A stretch of 47,369 nucleotides of DNA, filler included, from Jimgerdemannia flammicorona (GCA_003990765.1; 2 parts of 2 records of this genome joined end to end with filler, not necessarily neighbours in it), one strand, 5' to 3'. Counted from the whole stretch's first letter, positions 23,637-37,366 are shown. A program made the numbers and translations. Notes: generated by a model from the sequence alone, not told the origin.

Positions 23637-26600
23637 NNNNNNNNNNNNNNNNNNNNNNNNNNNNNNNNNNNNNNNNNNNNTTAATTAATTAANNNNNNNN
23701 NNNNNNNNNNNNNNNNNNNNNNNNNNNNNNNNNNNNATAGTCTCTTGGACTCCGTCTTTATTATCAGTCTATGAATAAGTATACAATATAACCACCCACT
23801 AACCAATCCCCATTGGGGGGCCCCACCCCACCTCCTCACATATAAAGACCACCCTCTCACCAACAACTCCAACTCTTCCACCACTCTGACCACAGATTTT
23901 CACCACTAAGCGGTGCCTCCAACCCCCCTGCAGCCCCCAGCCAAGCCACCATCCTGTCAAGGTATCCTCCATAAGGAACTGCCACCTTGCTAATCGGCTC
24001 CCCAAGCTCTGTCGCTTCTCCTCCTCAAATACAAATAGCCAGTATCCGGCCAGCCCCACCCAAATAGCCAATGCCCAGCCGAGCATAATCCACTCTTCCT
24101 CTACCCCTCCTATCAATTGATCCCTCAGGTCCTCCCACCTCCCCTGTACATCATCACCCCTACGCCTTACCCCCAAGTGGTCCCCAATGGCCTGCCAAAA
24201 GTCTCCCAACACCTCACACTCCCCTAGCCAATGTTCTGGCATCTGTACCAATCCCCCTTCCTGCCCTACATTATGGCACTCCTCACAGTCAAAGCAGCCC
24301 CCGACAACAAGGTGTCCTGAGCAGAAGTTAAGCATCACATTCCTCCTCAGCACATGCCACCAGACTATCCAGTACTTCGGCGGCATCCACTTTTTCACTG
24401 CGGCACTCCAGGTCCAAACCCCATGCCAGTCCCACTCCTCACTAATTCCAACTCCTTGCCAACCGCTAGGCCACAGATCCTGGCCTGGTCCCCTTTGGCA
24501 TTCGGTGCCATCACTAATGTTGAACTCCAGTAAAGGCACACCTCCCAGAAGAATGCAATCCCATCTCCACATCGCTGGGCCCCAAGCCCTCTCCCCCTCA
24601 TCCCCTCGCCAGCGAATACCAATGCGGTGTGCCCCCTCAGCTATACCCCACCAGAAGCCTTTATATCTCAGTTGCGCAGTGTTCTGAAGCCCAACCAATG
24701 AAAGAAGATCGCCCATCAAGCCTCTAGGTGATGTCCTCCCCTCCCATATCTTCTATAGCAAGGGGACCCAGCCCCCTCCATGCAACTCCACCGCCCTCCT
24801 CAGCCACCAAGCCTGCAAGCAGTGTAGTCTTTTGGGGAAGTCCACCAGCCCAAGACCACCTCTTGTCACCAGTAGAGACAGAGTCTCCCAACCAATCTGA
24901 CTCTGTCTGCCAGCCCAAATCCATCTCTTGGCCACCTTCACCAATCTCTTCACCACCCAGGCTGGGAAGTCCAGATGATAGGCCAAATACCACAGCTTCG
25001 GCAGCCAGTAAACATTCAAAATTGAGATCCTCCCTGCCAGAGAGAAGTGTCTACCTCCCCAACCCCACAGGTCTTCCTCCCAAATTCCAATCCTCTGCTC
25101 CCACCACCATCTGAGCAAAACAGACCCATAGACCGACAAATAGATGCCCAAGTACCGCACTGTCTCTCCGGTGGGGACAATTGTTCCAATAACTTCCCCA
25201 CCCACCAAGCCATTGCCTAGCACCATTGTCTCACACTTGTGCCAATTCAGCTTTGCCCCAGAGTTCGCCTCATACCACTCCACTGTCTTCTAGAGCTTCT
25301 CGACATCTGCAGTCACCCCCAAACCAACCACCATATCGTCCACAAAGGCTCCAACCTTCCAGCCAACTCCATAGATAGACAGCCCCATGATCCTCTGCTG
25401 AATCCTGTCCATGAGAGGTTCCAAGGAAAGAGCATACAAAATGGGGGACAGTGGGTCCCCCTGGGGCACTCCCCTGCCCAGAGGGAAAGCCACCCCTCGA
25501 TGTCCATTGCACACCAGCGCAGCCCTACTCCTTTCTAGTAGGCTGACCATCGCTGACTGAAATGAGGCCGGAACTCCAATCCTATCCAAGCCAGACCCGC
25601 TATACCCGGTCATAAGCCTTCTCCTGATCCAAGAAGACAAGACACCCATCTAGTCCACAGGCTCGAGCACCTTCAATAACTCCATATACCCAGGCCATAC
25701 CATCTCTAATGAGCCGACCCCTGATGAAGCCCCTCTGTTCAATGCCCACAATCTGCTGGGCCACCTTCTGTAGCCTTGTGACCACTACCTTAGTCACCAA
25801 CTTCCTGTCCATATCTAACAGCATTATCAGCTGCCAGTTCCTCCAATCCTCTCGCCTTCCCTTATTCTTATAGAGCAGTGTCACCAGCCCAAGGTCTTGC
25901 TCCCCCACCCATCTTCCTGACTGCAATATAGAGTCACACAGTGCTGTCAACTCCCCCAATATGCCCGGGACTCCAACCATTCGCTTCCAGAAATCCCAGG
26001 GGAGGCCATCCTCCCCAGGCGCCGTACCCGAGGCTGTCACGGTAAGAACCTAGTGGATCTCATCCTCCTTTACTGGCATCACCAGATCACCTAGTCCCTC
26101 AGCTTGTGGTGGGTGCCAATCTTCTAATGTTTGGTCAATGGCTGTAGCATCTGCCCCACCCTCCTCCTCACTCCACAATCCACTCCATCGCACCTTCAGC
26201 GTTCCAAGGATGTCCTGTACACCATGCACCAGTACATCATCTGAGTCAAGTACCCCTTCCCACTGCTGCTGTACCCTTCTCACCCGAAGTGTCCTTGTGA
26301 GAAACTTGGAAGGCCTCTCCCCTTCCTCTACCCCCTGCCAACGAAGCTGAGCCACCAGGCCTCGCACCCTTGACTCTTCCTCTTCCCGCAGCACCTGTTG
26401 CAGTTCTCCAACCTCCATCCTCACCCTTGTAATTCTCCAGTCCTCTTCTCCCTCCACTGCAGCCAGTCTCGCCCACTCCTCCAGGAGCCTAGCCAATCTA
26501 GTAGAAGCCCAATGAACTTTCTGCCTTTGCTGCTTCCCAGCCACTCTGCCAACCTTGCTCCAATACATCCTGGCCATCTCTTTCATCCTTATTCACTGAA

Positions 26601-26880
26601 CCCCAATCACAGCCCCTTCCTGCTGCCAATTCGCCACCTTCAGCTGAATGTCTTTCGCCCACTCCTCCCACCGGACCTCATCATCCAACAAGGAGGAATT
26701 CAGGCGCTAATGTCCAGGCCCATCTCTACTTCCCCCAAAAAACCCCTGTCCCAAGAGGCCCCAGTGATCCGACCATGGGCACCATTCAACCTCTAACACC
26801 CTCCAGACATTGTGGCCCCAACAGTCGGCCATCAGAATCCAGTCAATCCTTGTCCCCAGACCTCTAGCCCAATGCGTACA
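23588..26880 (-). mobile_element. L1/Tx1-type LINE, copy 2 of the same family (5'-truncated, with poly(A) tail)
   Basis: RT motifs in ORFs 25600-26040 and 25290-25649, C-terminal CxxC..EHW..EC zinc finger in 23799-24719, AATAAA at 23757-23762 (minus strand), and poly(T) 23588-23636 across the gap as the likely tail. Retains more CpG than copy 1. Confidence 0.92.
23637..23736. other. Assembly gap with an artificial six-frame stop linker
   Basis: 44 N + TTAATTAATTAA + 44 N, 100 bp in total. Confidence 0.97.
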
Positions 26881-28334
26881 TTTAGTTCTCTATTCTGAAA
26901 GCTATTATTACTAAAACTGTTACCTATGATATGATCCTTGCACCAACTAGATGAAGGAAATGAATGCAGTTATTGATATTGATCAATAAGTACTCAAGTT
27001 TGACTACTAAGATAAGAAATATAGAGTTAAGGTGACTAGCTATGCACAATCAAAGAAGAAAAAGAAGATCACTATCTAGGAAGAATATACTAGTAGTGAA
27101 GAGTCTACTATAGAAGAAAAAGAAGAATCTAAAGATAAAAATGATCCCAGACTCAATCCCAGAATTAACCTAGTAGATGATAGACCAGAAGACAATATAT
27201 GGGCCAGGAACACTGTCTCTATCATTATTGGAGCCATTGTAAGAGAAATCAAAGGATGCTCCATCTGCTTTAAGAGACATAAGTGCCCCAAACACTTCTC
27301 TAAGATCATTGAGACAAGGAATTCACCTGGCACAGTCTGCCCCAAGTGCAGAAGAAAGAAGAAGAAATGCAGACATATTTCAGAGACACCTGTAGCCAAA
27401 GCTACAGAAGTACAAGTAATTTGAGATCAAGAATCATCTGAGGAAGAAGGAACCCCTGAATAGGAGGTTTCTGAACAAGAAGTATCTGAAGAAGAAGAGG
27501 TCTCTGAACTCATTCTCTGGGACAATCCTCACTAGACACTACCTGAAGATAATGACCCCTGGAATATTGAAGAAGAACTCAGTATAATCTCTATCATTCT
27601 TAAGTAAGAAATATACTAAGAAAGAGCTTTTCAGCTAGGAAGATATCTATATCAAATGGTCTTCCACTCTCCTCAAGACTACTGCTATCAGTGCCATCTA
27701 TTGGATCAATAAGAAAGACAGAGACCCTGAAGATTAGAACCTCCAACTATAGTTATATAGTCAACCATCTTCCAAGAAGTTATTATAAAGTTGCAAAGTC
27801 GATTTAGAGGACAAGGTCTCTTTACACAAACAGAAGTATATCTCTTGGCCACTCTTCTGCCAACCTATGATTAAGATGGATACCAATTTCCAAGACAACA
27901 AGAGATTAACAATCAGGAACAGTATTCTTGAGCAATGAGATATTACAACTATAGAAGACACCCAGACTACTGAGACTGCAGACACCAGAAGATCCATCTC
28001 AGTTAGGATGTTGTAATCCATATGGTGAAGAGAGGAGATAATAGAGATCAGATCTAAAAAAGTCAAGCCAAGAAGCCAGGAAGAAGGATCCTTAAGATCT
28101 ATGATTTGGGAGAAGATATTCTAGCTCTCATCAGATATATAATCTGCCAAAGATGGGTAGAAGATGCCACCAATTTCATAGAAGCCCTAGACTCTATAGG
28201 AAAGAGAGGAATCAATTATCTCTAAGATCCCTCTACTGAAACCAGATAGCCACACCTCAACCTCAGAGCCTAGAGACTTTCTACTAGTAGAGCTTCAGCC
28301 CAAGGACAGCTCAAACTCAGCAAGAATGTTGCCC

Positions 28335-28740
28335 AGTATGCTCTGCTATATTTCAAGGCTAAACCCCTAACCAAAGCTCACCAAGAAGATATAGAGTATG
28401 ATCTTTATAGTCTGGAGGATAAACCCATTAAGCCTGGAAGAACACTGATGTTCAGAACCAGACTAGCCATACATCTACCCCAAGGAACTTATATTCAACT
28501 GACCTCAATGTCTGGACTTATCAGACAAGGAATAACTGTAGAAGGAGGAACCATAGACCCAGAATATATAGGCAAAATCAAGATAATTCTATACAACAGT
28601 AGCATAGAATGACATTGAATTATTAGAGAACAGAAGATTGCTCAAGTAGTCTTTATGAAAGTCAAGACTCCATAATTACAAAAAGTCTCTAAACTGACTG
28701 AAGGAATAAGATAAGCTAAAGGATTTAGAAGCTCAGATAA
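28335..28740 (+). pseudogene. dUTPase domain of element A
   Basis: All five dUTPase motifs in degenerate form: EYDLYS, SMSGL, GGTIDPEYIGKIKIILYN, KIAQVV, R*AKGFRSS. Confidence 0.88.
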
Positions 28741-31304
28741 AAAGAAAGTACATCTCTTTCAGGTCAACCACCTGAAGAAGAATGTTCCCCAGCAAGTATA
28801 TTACTAACTAGTCAAACTGTACAAGAATCTCATCTTGGAGCCTGGAGAGCAAACCACCTTCAAAATCTTTGTATCATCTAATCCCAGAAATCTCTTCTTT
28901 GAACTCAATGAAGATATCCTAAATCTGGATATTGAAGGACACATATTTCCTAACAAGATGAATCTAGTATACTCCTGAGTAACCCACTAGAGCTGAGAAA
29001 GTATTATCTTATCAAAAGGAACCATTATAGGATATTTAGTGCCCTTCCTCAACTAAACCTACAGAGAAGTCTATGAGCTAATCCTATTGAGAAATGGCAA
29101 AAGATCTCAGAAGAAAGGAAAGACTCCTCTGTAACCTAGGAGATAGTGAAGCCTTCCACTAACATTGGAGAAGAATTAATACTCCAGCAATGACAACAAC
29201 TAGTAGAACTTCTCAATAAGTATTAAGATATCTTTACTACTAATTATGACAACCTGCCATATAATCTAACATACTACCATAGTATAAATACAGAAAATGC
29301 AACACCCATCTGACAGAAGCTATATAGAATACCTCATCACTTAATGATATTTAAAAAGGAACACATTTAAGAACTCCTAGACAATAGAGTCATCTGACCC
29401 TCAGCCAGCCCTTGGGCCAGCCCTATACTTATTGTACTAAGGAAAAGAGGATGGAGACTCTATATAGACTATAGAAAACTCAACTCAGTTACTGAAAAAG
29501 ATGCCTATTCTTTGTCCAGAATCAATGATCTCTTAGACCAGTTACAAGATATCAGATACTTCAGTAGTGTGAACTTTTTTGCAGAATTCTACAAGATCCT
29601 AATGAATCTAAAAGACATCTAAAAGACAGCCTTCCTTATCCTAGAAAAACTGTTTGAATACCTCCAAATGCCCTTTGGACTTTGCAATATACCTCCTATC
29701 TTTCAGAGAATGATGAATTCAGTCTATATCCCTCTAATCCACTACTGTCTAATTATATATATAGATTATTCCCACATCTATTCAGCAAATTTCAAGGAAC
29801 ATTTATACTACCTAGAAGAATTCTTCAAGCTCACTTACAAGAATCACTTAAGACTCAATGCCAAGAAATACTACTTCAGAAAACAGAAACTTAAATTCCT
29901 TAGATTTATAGTTTTAAAAAAAGGAATCCATATAAACCTAAAGAAGACCAAGAAGATCAACAACTGGCTAGTACCCAAGACCCCAAAGGAAATACTATTA
30001 TTCCTGATACTAATATCTTACTACAGAAGATTTATCAAGAACTTTATCCAAATTGCTGCCCTAATCTGAATCCTTCTCAAAAAAGAAGTACATACCTTAC
30101 AAATGGACAGAATCACAAGAACTAGCCTTCAAAGAACTCAAGTACCAAATGACTATAACACCAATCCTTATTCAGCCCAATCTACAGAAGCTATTCATCT
30201 TGTATACAGATACCTCTAAAGATGACCTGGGAGCAGTTTTAGTCTAAAAAGAACCTGATCAATAATATTATATAATAGCTTATATAAGCCAAGCTATCAA
30301 CCAACAACAGACCAATTATGGTAGTACCAAACTGGAATGCCTTGCAATTATATAGACTGTCACTTTGTTTAAAAATTATCTTATTGGAAAAAGATTTATT
30401 CTGATAACTGACCATACTACCCTCAAATAGTTATTCAACTATAAGGAATCTACTGGAATCCTGGCCCACTGGATTCTTATCCTTCAAAATTACAAAATCA
30501 TCATTACTTACAAAGCAGAGAAAGCTCACAATAACATTGATATACTTTTCTACTAACTCTAATAAACCAGAAGAAGGGTATATCAAGGAACCGTATTTTA
30601 AAGAAAGCTCCTTTGACCACTAAGGTACAAGAGGATCTCATCTAAAAAGAATATCAGAAGGCATATCAGAGATAGATAAACCTAGAAGAAAAGCTATAAA
30701 CAACCTATCAATATTAGTCTAATCTCAGAATATAAGTTCAAAACATACTCAGGAAGTATAATATCTATCAGAAGTATTAAGGAAAGAAAAACTACCAAGC
30801 ATTATTACAACTGATCATACTACTAGACAATATCTTTCAAAGATGGGGAGTAGATATAATTGGACCCCTACCAGTTATACCAAGAAGAAATAAATATATC
30901 TTAATATTTATAGAATATCTGACCAAATGGCCTAAAGCTTTTCTAATAGAAACTATTGATACCTTAATCATTATTGACCTCTTCCATAGACTCACTCTCA
31001 GATATAGACCTTTAGAGAAACTTATCTCTAACTGAGACATAGAATTTATCAATAATATAATTATAAGTTATGCTCAAATTCATAAGATTCACCTCAAACA
31101 GACTATATCATATTACTCTCAGATCAATGATATAATAGAATGAATGAACCAGACCATCAAGAAAGAACTTGCCCAAGTTAATCTTACTAACTGAGATCTC
31201 TACTTATCTGAGATCCTATGGAAAATCTGAAATACCTCTACTATCTTTACCAAACAAAAGCTATTTGAAATGGTATTTGTTAAGAAAATCAGAATTGCTG
31301 ATCA

Positions 31305-31758
31305 TGTAATTGTTCTAGTTTCTTTAAGAGAAAGTGACTAAATCTGGAAGTTCTAGTTGGCCTAAAGTAGCTCAAAGAGATACTCAAAGGTTCAAGTATT
31401 CTTAAAGGATTTCTGGGAGAAAATATTCTGAGCTTTATTTAGGTAGAGAATAAGGATATTTATACATGATCTGAAAGAAAGATCCAGAAGGATCTTAGAA
31501 AGAAAGAGAAATGCTAAGAAATAGATTCTCAGCAAAGCTGACTAATATTATTCTACAATGTTCTAAAAGGTTCTATAACTAGCTAAGATAAGATACTTAG
31601 CACTAAGAATATTCTAATAGTGTCTGAGTACTGAGAGAAGGTTTCTAAGTAAGTAGAAGGTAGTAGAATATAGTAGAATGTTCAAGAAATAACAAGAAAA
31701 GACTAACTAAAAGATACAAAAATATACTAAGACTAAATATGACTGTGAAATTGTTACA
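31305..31758 (-). repeat. 3' LTR of element B
   Basis: TGTAA...TTACA termini; colinear with 36913-37366. Confidence 0.95.
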
Positions 31759-34700
31759 TCTCTCTCTCCTTAAGAATCAATATCCTCATTGAGTTCTTAG
31801 GTAATACAAGACTAGATATACTTAACCAAAATTTCTCAAACTTATATTGGTATATTGGTGGAGATTAGCCATCCTTATATAGGGCAGAGAGTCTATTATC
31901 AGACTAACTAACTGGGAGGGGTTCAAACCCAGCTAGTAGCTTCATTTTGGTGGACTTCTTATTCATTAAATGTTCTGCTGGTTCCAGGGTCCTAAAGTAA
32001 ACTTCTGATACATAAGGTACTGACCATTGCTATAGGTCATCAATAATCCAAGAAAATCACTATAGAGATTGGGTAATATGTTTTACCTCAAAGTCTTGAA
32101 CTAGATCTTAAGAGTTCTTGAGGTTGACTAGTGGTTTCCAGATAATATTATATTTAGAGTAATCCATCCGCTTGACTAGATATTCAGGATGGTGATAGTA
32201 GATTCATTTGTTAAAGATTTTCTCAGCTTCATACTTGATATGGTCTTCAATAATCATAGGGGTAAAAGGCTTAGGGATTTGACCAGAGTAGGGCAGTGAC
32301 TAGTTCCAGATCTTGAGATGTGATATATAAAAGACTGAGTGTACTCTCATGGTTTCAGGTAGTTTGAGGCAGTAGGAGGATGCAGAGACTTGTTCAGTGA
32401 TCTTGAAAGATCCAATATACTTGGGTTAGAACTTGTTCAAAGAGTGGTTAACTTGAGATTGTATCTTGAGGTTCTTAGTAGATAGTAGAACTTGATCTCC
32501 AATAGTATAAGTGACATCATAGTGTTTCTTGTCAGCATACTTGGCTTGATACTATTGAGTCTTCTGAAGATTCATAATAGCAATCTTGAGTAGTTCATCC
32601 ATTTTGCCTATAAGGTTCTTGGTGGTTGGGACTTATATTTGACTGCTTTTCTTGAAAGGGAATAGACTTGTAGAGGTCTCAGGATCTTGACTATAGAGTA
32701 ACCAGAAAGGGGAAAGACCAGTAGATGATTGGATGATATTGTTGTATACAAACTCTACATAAGTTAGGTAATGGTCTCAATTATCTTGCTCATAAGAAAC
32801 ATAGTTTCTAAGTATTTGTTCTAGAGTTCTATTCATACACTCAGTTTGTCCATCAGTTTGTAGGTAAAAGGCAGTAGATATAGCCAATTGGGTTCTCAGG
32901 GTCTTGAAGAGAGTTTGTCAGAAGTAACTAGTGAACTTGGGGTTATGATTACTGACAATTACTCATAGTAGGCCATAGTGACAGAAGATGGACTTGAAGA
33001 AGATTCTTGCAACCTTGAGTGTAGTAGCATTGGTAGTGGTTGGTTCAGTAATTATAGTCTTAATTAGATGGTCAATGAATATGATAATAGCATTAGTACT
33101 AGATTGGGTTTGTGGTAGTTGAGTTATAAAGTCCATGGTAACTTGCTTGAATTTCTTAGTGGAAATTGGCAATGGTTGTAGCAAACTGGCTGGTACTTAA
33201 TTGGTAGACTTGTTGTACTGACATAGATTATAGCTAGTAATATAGTTCTTGATTTCCTTGACCATACTTGGTCAATAGTAGTAGTGTTGAATATTCTTAA
33301 ATTTCCAGATGACTAGCAAGAGAGGAGTTATGGTATTCTTGTAAAACCTTATAGTATAGGTTTATGTTTTCAGATAGATAGACTTGATTTTGATAATAGA
33401 TCAGGTTATTCTCAATAGTATATGTATCCTTAAGCTCATTTGAGAAAACTCTAGTAGCAACTGTGTCTTTTTTGTAAGCTTGTCTGATTTGGTCTAGGAA
33501 TTCTGATGCCAAGGTAACCTGTATGATTGTGGTGAGGTCTGGGCATCTTGATAAGGTATCTGATACTACAAGTATCTTGCCAGGCTTGTAAATAATTATC
33601 AAGTTGAAGGTTTGAAGCTTGAGACTCCACTTGGCTTATAGATATGACATATTGATGTACTTGAGGAATTGATAATCAGTGATGACATCAAACTCAACAC
33701 CTTCTAGATAGCATCACCAGTAGTCTAGTGTATATATTATTGCCAGTAGTTCCTTCTTATAAGTGGCTAGCTTTTGTTTAGCTGGAGCTAACTTGTGGGA
33801 CTCAAAAGCAATAGAATGATGTTCTTTGCCATCATCTTGTGACAGGACTGCTCCAATGGTAATATTTGATACATCAGTAGTAACTATAAATTTTAGGTCT
33901 TGATCTACATTATGCAGGACTGATCAGACAGTTCTTGAGTTCTTGAAAGACTTATTGACAGAAGAGATCCCAGGTATAGAGTATATAGTGGTCTGAGTGT
34001 GGGGCCTTCCTCATGAGATTAGTCAGTAGCTCAGCAATGCCAGAGAAGTTTCTGACAAAGTAGCAGTAGTAGTTAGCTAGATTAAGGAAGGATCAGAGTT
34101 CTGTGAGATTTGATGAAATAGACTATTCTTTAATTACTTCTATCTTGTGTGAGTCTACTTGAATTCCTTGTGCAGAGATAATGTGGCCAAGATATTCAAC
34201 TTGTTCTCTGAAGAATTTACACTTCTTGAGCTTATTATAAAGCTTGTGTTTTTGTAGAATCTCCAGGATTATTTGAATGTATTTGAGGTGCTCTTCTTTA
34301 GTTGCACTAAAGATCAGGATGTCATCAAGATATACCAATAGGAAAATAAATAGTTAGTCCTTGAATATCTTATTCATTAGGGTCTGGAATGTAGCAGATA
34401 CATTAGTGAGACCAAATGCTAAGATCAGGAATTTATAGAGTCTAAAGGGGGTCATAAATACAGTCTTGGAAATATCTTCTGGCTTGATTCAAATCTGGTG
34501 GTATCCTGACATAAGATCTAACTTGGTAAAGTACTTGGTATTCTTGAGAGCATCAAAGATTTGATCAATCAAGGGTAGTGGATAGTGGTTCTTGACAGTG
34601 AGTTTGTTGAGTGCATGATAGTCTATGCATATTTACAGAGTACTATCCTTCTTCTTGACAAATAAGACTGGTGAGCCATAAGGAGATTTGCTTGGCTAGA

Positions 34701-35430
34701 TGGCTTCTCATACAAGTAGTTCTTCTAGTTTCTTCTTGACTGCTTCAATTTCAAGTAGCAATATATAGTACATGTATTTCTTAGGTGATATAGCTCCTGG
34801 GGTCAGTTCAATTTCATAATCAACTTCTCATATAGGCAGTAGACCAGGTAGCTTGTCTGGAAAGACATCCTTGAATTCTTCTAGTAGTAACTTGATACTT
34901 TTATTGACTGATAGTCTCTTGTCTTATTTCTTGAGATAGACTATTATAATAAAGACATATATTGTCTTCTTGAGTACTCTTTTATACTGTATAGCTGACA
35001 GTGTTGCAATCTAGATCTTGCTCATAGTCTTGTCTGTCTTGATAGTGATATTGGCTCTATCTTAAAGTAGAGTGACTTTATTCTTATACCAATTGATGTC
35101 TAGATTGTGTTTCATAAGCCAGAGTTTTCCTAAGATCAGGTCATGATCTCTTAGTGGTGCAATCTCAAAGTCTACTCATTCTCAATATTTCTGGATCTTG
35201 ATGGGTAGTTTGGCAGCAATTGACTTGATGGGGTACAAAGTACCATCTGCAGTGACTATACTATTATTCTTAGGTATAGGCTTGGTAAGAATCTTGAGAC
35301 TTTCAATGAGATTCTGATTGATGAAGTTCTCTGCAGCTCTGCTGCCTATAAGTACTTGAACTTCTTTTCCTTTAACTAGGCCTTTGAAAATGAGCATAGC
35401 TTGAGCTTGATTTTCACTAAGACTTGCTAC

Positions 35431-35840
35431 TTAATCAGTACTGCCAAAATCTTTTTGATCTCATTTGATTTCAGAGAGTTCTTGGACTTCTGTAATCTTA
35501 AGTTGACTGGCTTTTTCTAGGATCATTTACATGACTCAGTCTCCTTCCTTGACTATGTAGTCTTAATCCTTCTGGTTGATAAGTAGAACTTGAACTTGTC
35601 CTTGAAAGTCTGGGTCAATGACACCAGTGCCTATATCTAAATAATATTTGATACTAAGTTCTGATTATAGTATAATTCTGGCATAATATCCTTTAGAGTA
35701 TTGAACTACAATTTCAGTAGGCACTAGGGTTCAGCTCTTGACTGGAATAGTGACTTGTTTGACTAAGTATAGGTCAAGGCCAATGGCTCCTTCTATTTGA
35801 TATTGAGAGATCTGGGCCCTCAGATGAAGCTTCTTGACCT
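35431..35840 (-). pseudogene. dUTPase domain of element B
   Basis: GAIGLDLY, GYYARI..*SEL, GTGVIDPDFQGQVQVLLIN, EGD*VM*MIL, KDFGSTD; lies between the gag knuckle and the protease. Confidence 0.88.
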
Positions 35841-36912
35841 TGAGCTCAGATTGACTGATAGTGGAGTTAATAGATGTATCCTTGGACAATATGGTGACTG
35901 ATCTTGAGGGTTCACTAGTCTTCTTAGGACATTTGGTTGCAATGTGTCCTATTTGGCAACAGAAGAAACAGACTTTATATTTCTTCAGGTAGTCCTTTTC
36001 TTTAGAGATAAGCTTGGTGTTCTTTCTGTTCATAGTGTCTAAATCTATTGGTGCCAGGCCAACTGTCCTTGGTTGATTCTTGTGATTGTTCTTGAAGTAG
36101 TTCTTCTTGTAGTATTCTGATTTGAAGCAGTTATCAAAGATGATAATATCAAACCTATCAGCAATTCTCATGGCTTTATCAAGATTTTTGAGCTCTTCTA
36201 GCTTGACCTTGACTCATATATTTCCCTTCAGGCCTCAGATATAGCAGTCTATCTTTTCACCCTCAGATATTACTGGTAGCTTGAGTAGAATTGACAAGAA
36301 TTGTATATTATAGCTTTACATAGACTTGAGTTGCTTAATGTTCACTAGCTTGTCTCTGGCTAGCTTGGTGGTATTAGTAGGCTTGAACTGCTTATAAAGA
36401 GCTCTCTTGAAAGCTTTCCAGTCTCTAATTCATATATATAAGTATACAGATATAACCATGATATAATTGCACTACTAGATAGCTGTATTTCCTTAGAGAA
36501 GTATAGTGGCAAATTGGACTTATATGTCTTCTTCCATTCTTGTGAGCTTGAAGTATTAGTCCAACTAGAAGATCTATGTATCTATAGATAGTCCTCCTCA
36601 ATGACTGTTGAAGATATCTGGTTTGAGTGGCTTGAAACTGACTAGTACTATAGTAGAATGTGATATACTCACAGTTCTTGTTTTCTGCTGTTCTAGTTGT
36701 GCTTGAAGTTCTTGGATTTGGTGAGCTATAGCATTGATCATATCCTCTATACTGAGTTGCTGTCCTTTTGCTTCTTCTATAGCAGAGAGGTCTAGCTGGT
36801 AGACTGACTCTTTATGGCTCATTTCAGGTTTATGTGACTATTTGTGACTGGTTTCTAAATTTGTGTAAGGTTTCTTAATAAGGCAAGGTATAATGATACT
36901 GCTGCTACTATG

Positions 36913-37366
36913 TATAATGGTTCTAGTTTCTTTAAGAGAAAGTGGCTAAATCTGGAAGTTCTAATTGGCCTAAAGTAGCTTAAAGAGATATTTAAAGGTT
37001 TAAGTGTTCTTAAAGGATTTCTGAGAGAAAATATTCTGAGCTTTATTTAAGTAGAGAATAAGGATATTTATATATAATCTAAAAGAAAAATCTGGAAGGA
37101 TCTTAAAAAGAAAGAGAAATGCCAAGAAATAGGTTCTTGTCAAAGCTGACTAATACTATTCTACAATGTTCCAAAAGATTCCATAACTAGCTAAGACAAG
37201 ATACTTAGTACCAAGAATGTTCTAGTAGTGTCTGAGTGTTGAGAGAAGGTTTTTAAGCAAGTAGAAGGTGGCAGAACATAGTAGAATATTCAAGAAATGA
37301 TAAGAAAAGACTAACTAAAAGATGTGAAAATATACTAAAACTTAATATGACTGTGAAATTGTTACA
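36913..37366 (-). repeat. 5' LTR of element B
   Basis: 454 bp with no indels relative to the other LTR; the terminal TG is mutated to TA. Confidence 0.95.

Larger units (their letters stand above)
31305..37366 (-). mobile_element. Full-length chromovirus (Ty3/gypsy) element B: gag, dUTPase, PR, RT, RNase H, IN, chromodomain
   Basis: 454-bp LTRs; GATCA TSD at 31300-31304 and 37367-37371; PPT at 31759-31770; degenerate PBS (TAGTAGCAGC, minus strand) at about 36900-36910; CxxCxxxxHxxxxC knuckle; VYLDD; MDFITQLP; chromodomain YEAEKI...EYLVK...W at about 32090-32240. Confidence 0.95.

Noticed and set aside
23681..23692. Palindromic TTAATTAATTAA
   Set aside because: Centred in a 100-bp N gap; an artificial six-frame stop linker.
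19050..26796. Many Pro/Ser-rich ORFs antisense to the LINEs
   Set aside because: Shadows of G-rich LINE coding strands with no domain signal.
31912..31933. GGTTCAAACCC B-box / tRNA T-arm-like motif in the 3' UTR of element B
   Set aside because: No cloverleaf, D-arm or acceptor stem could be built.
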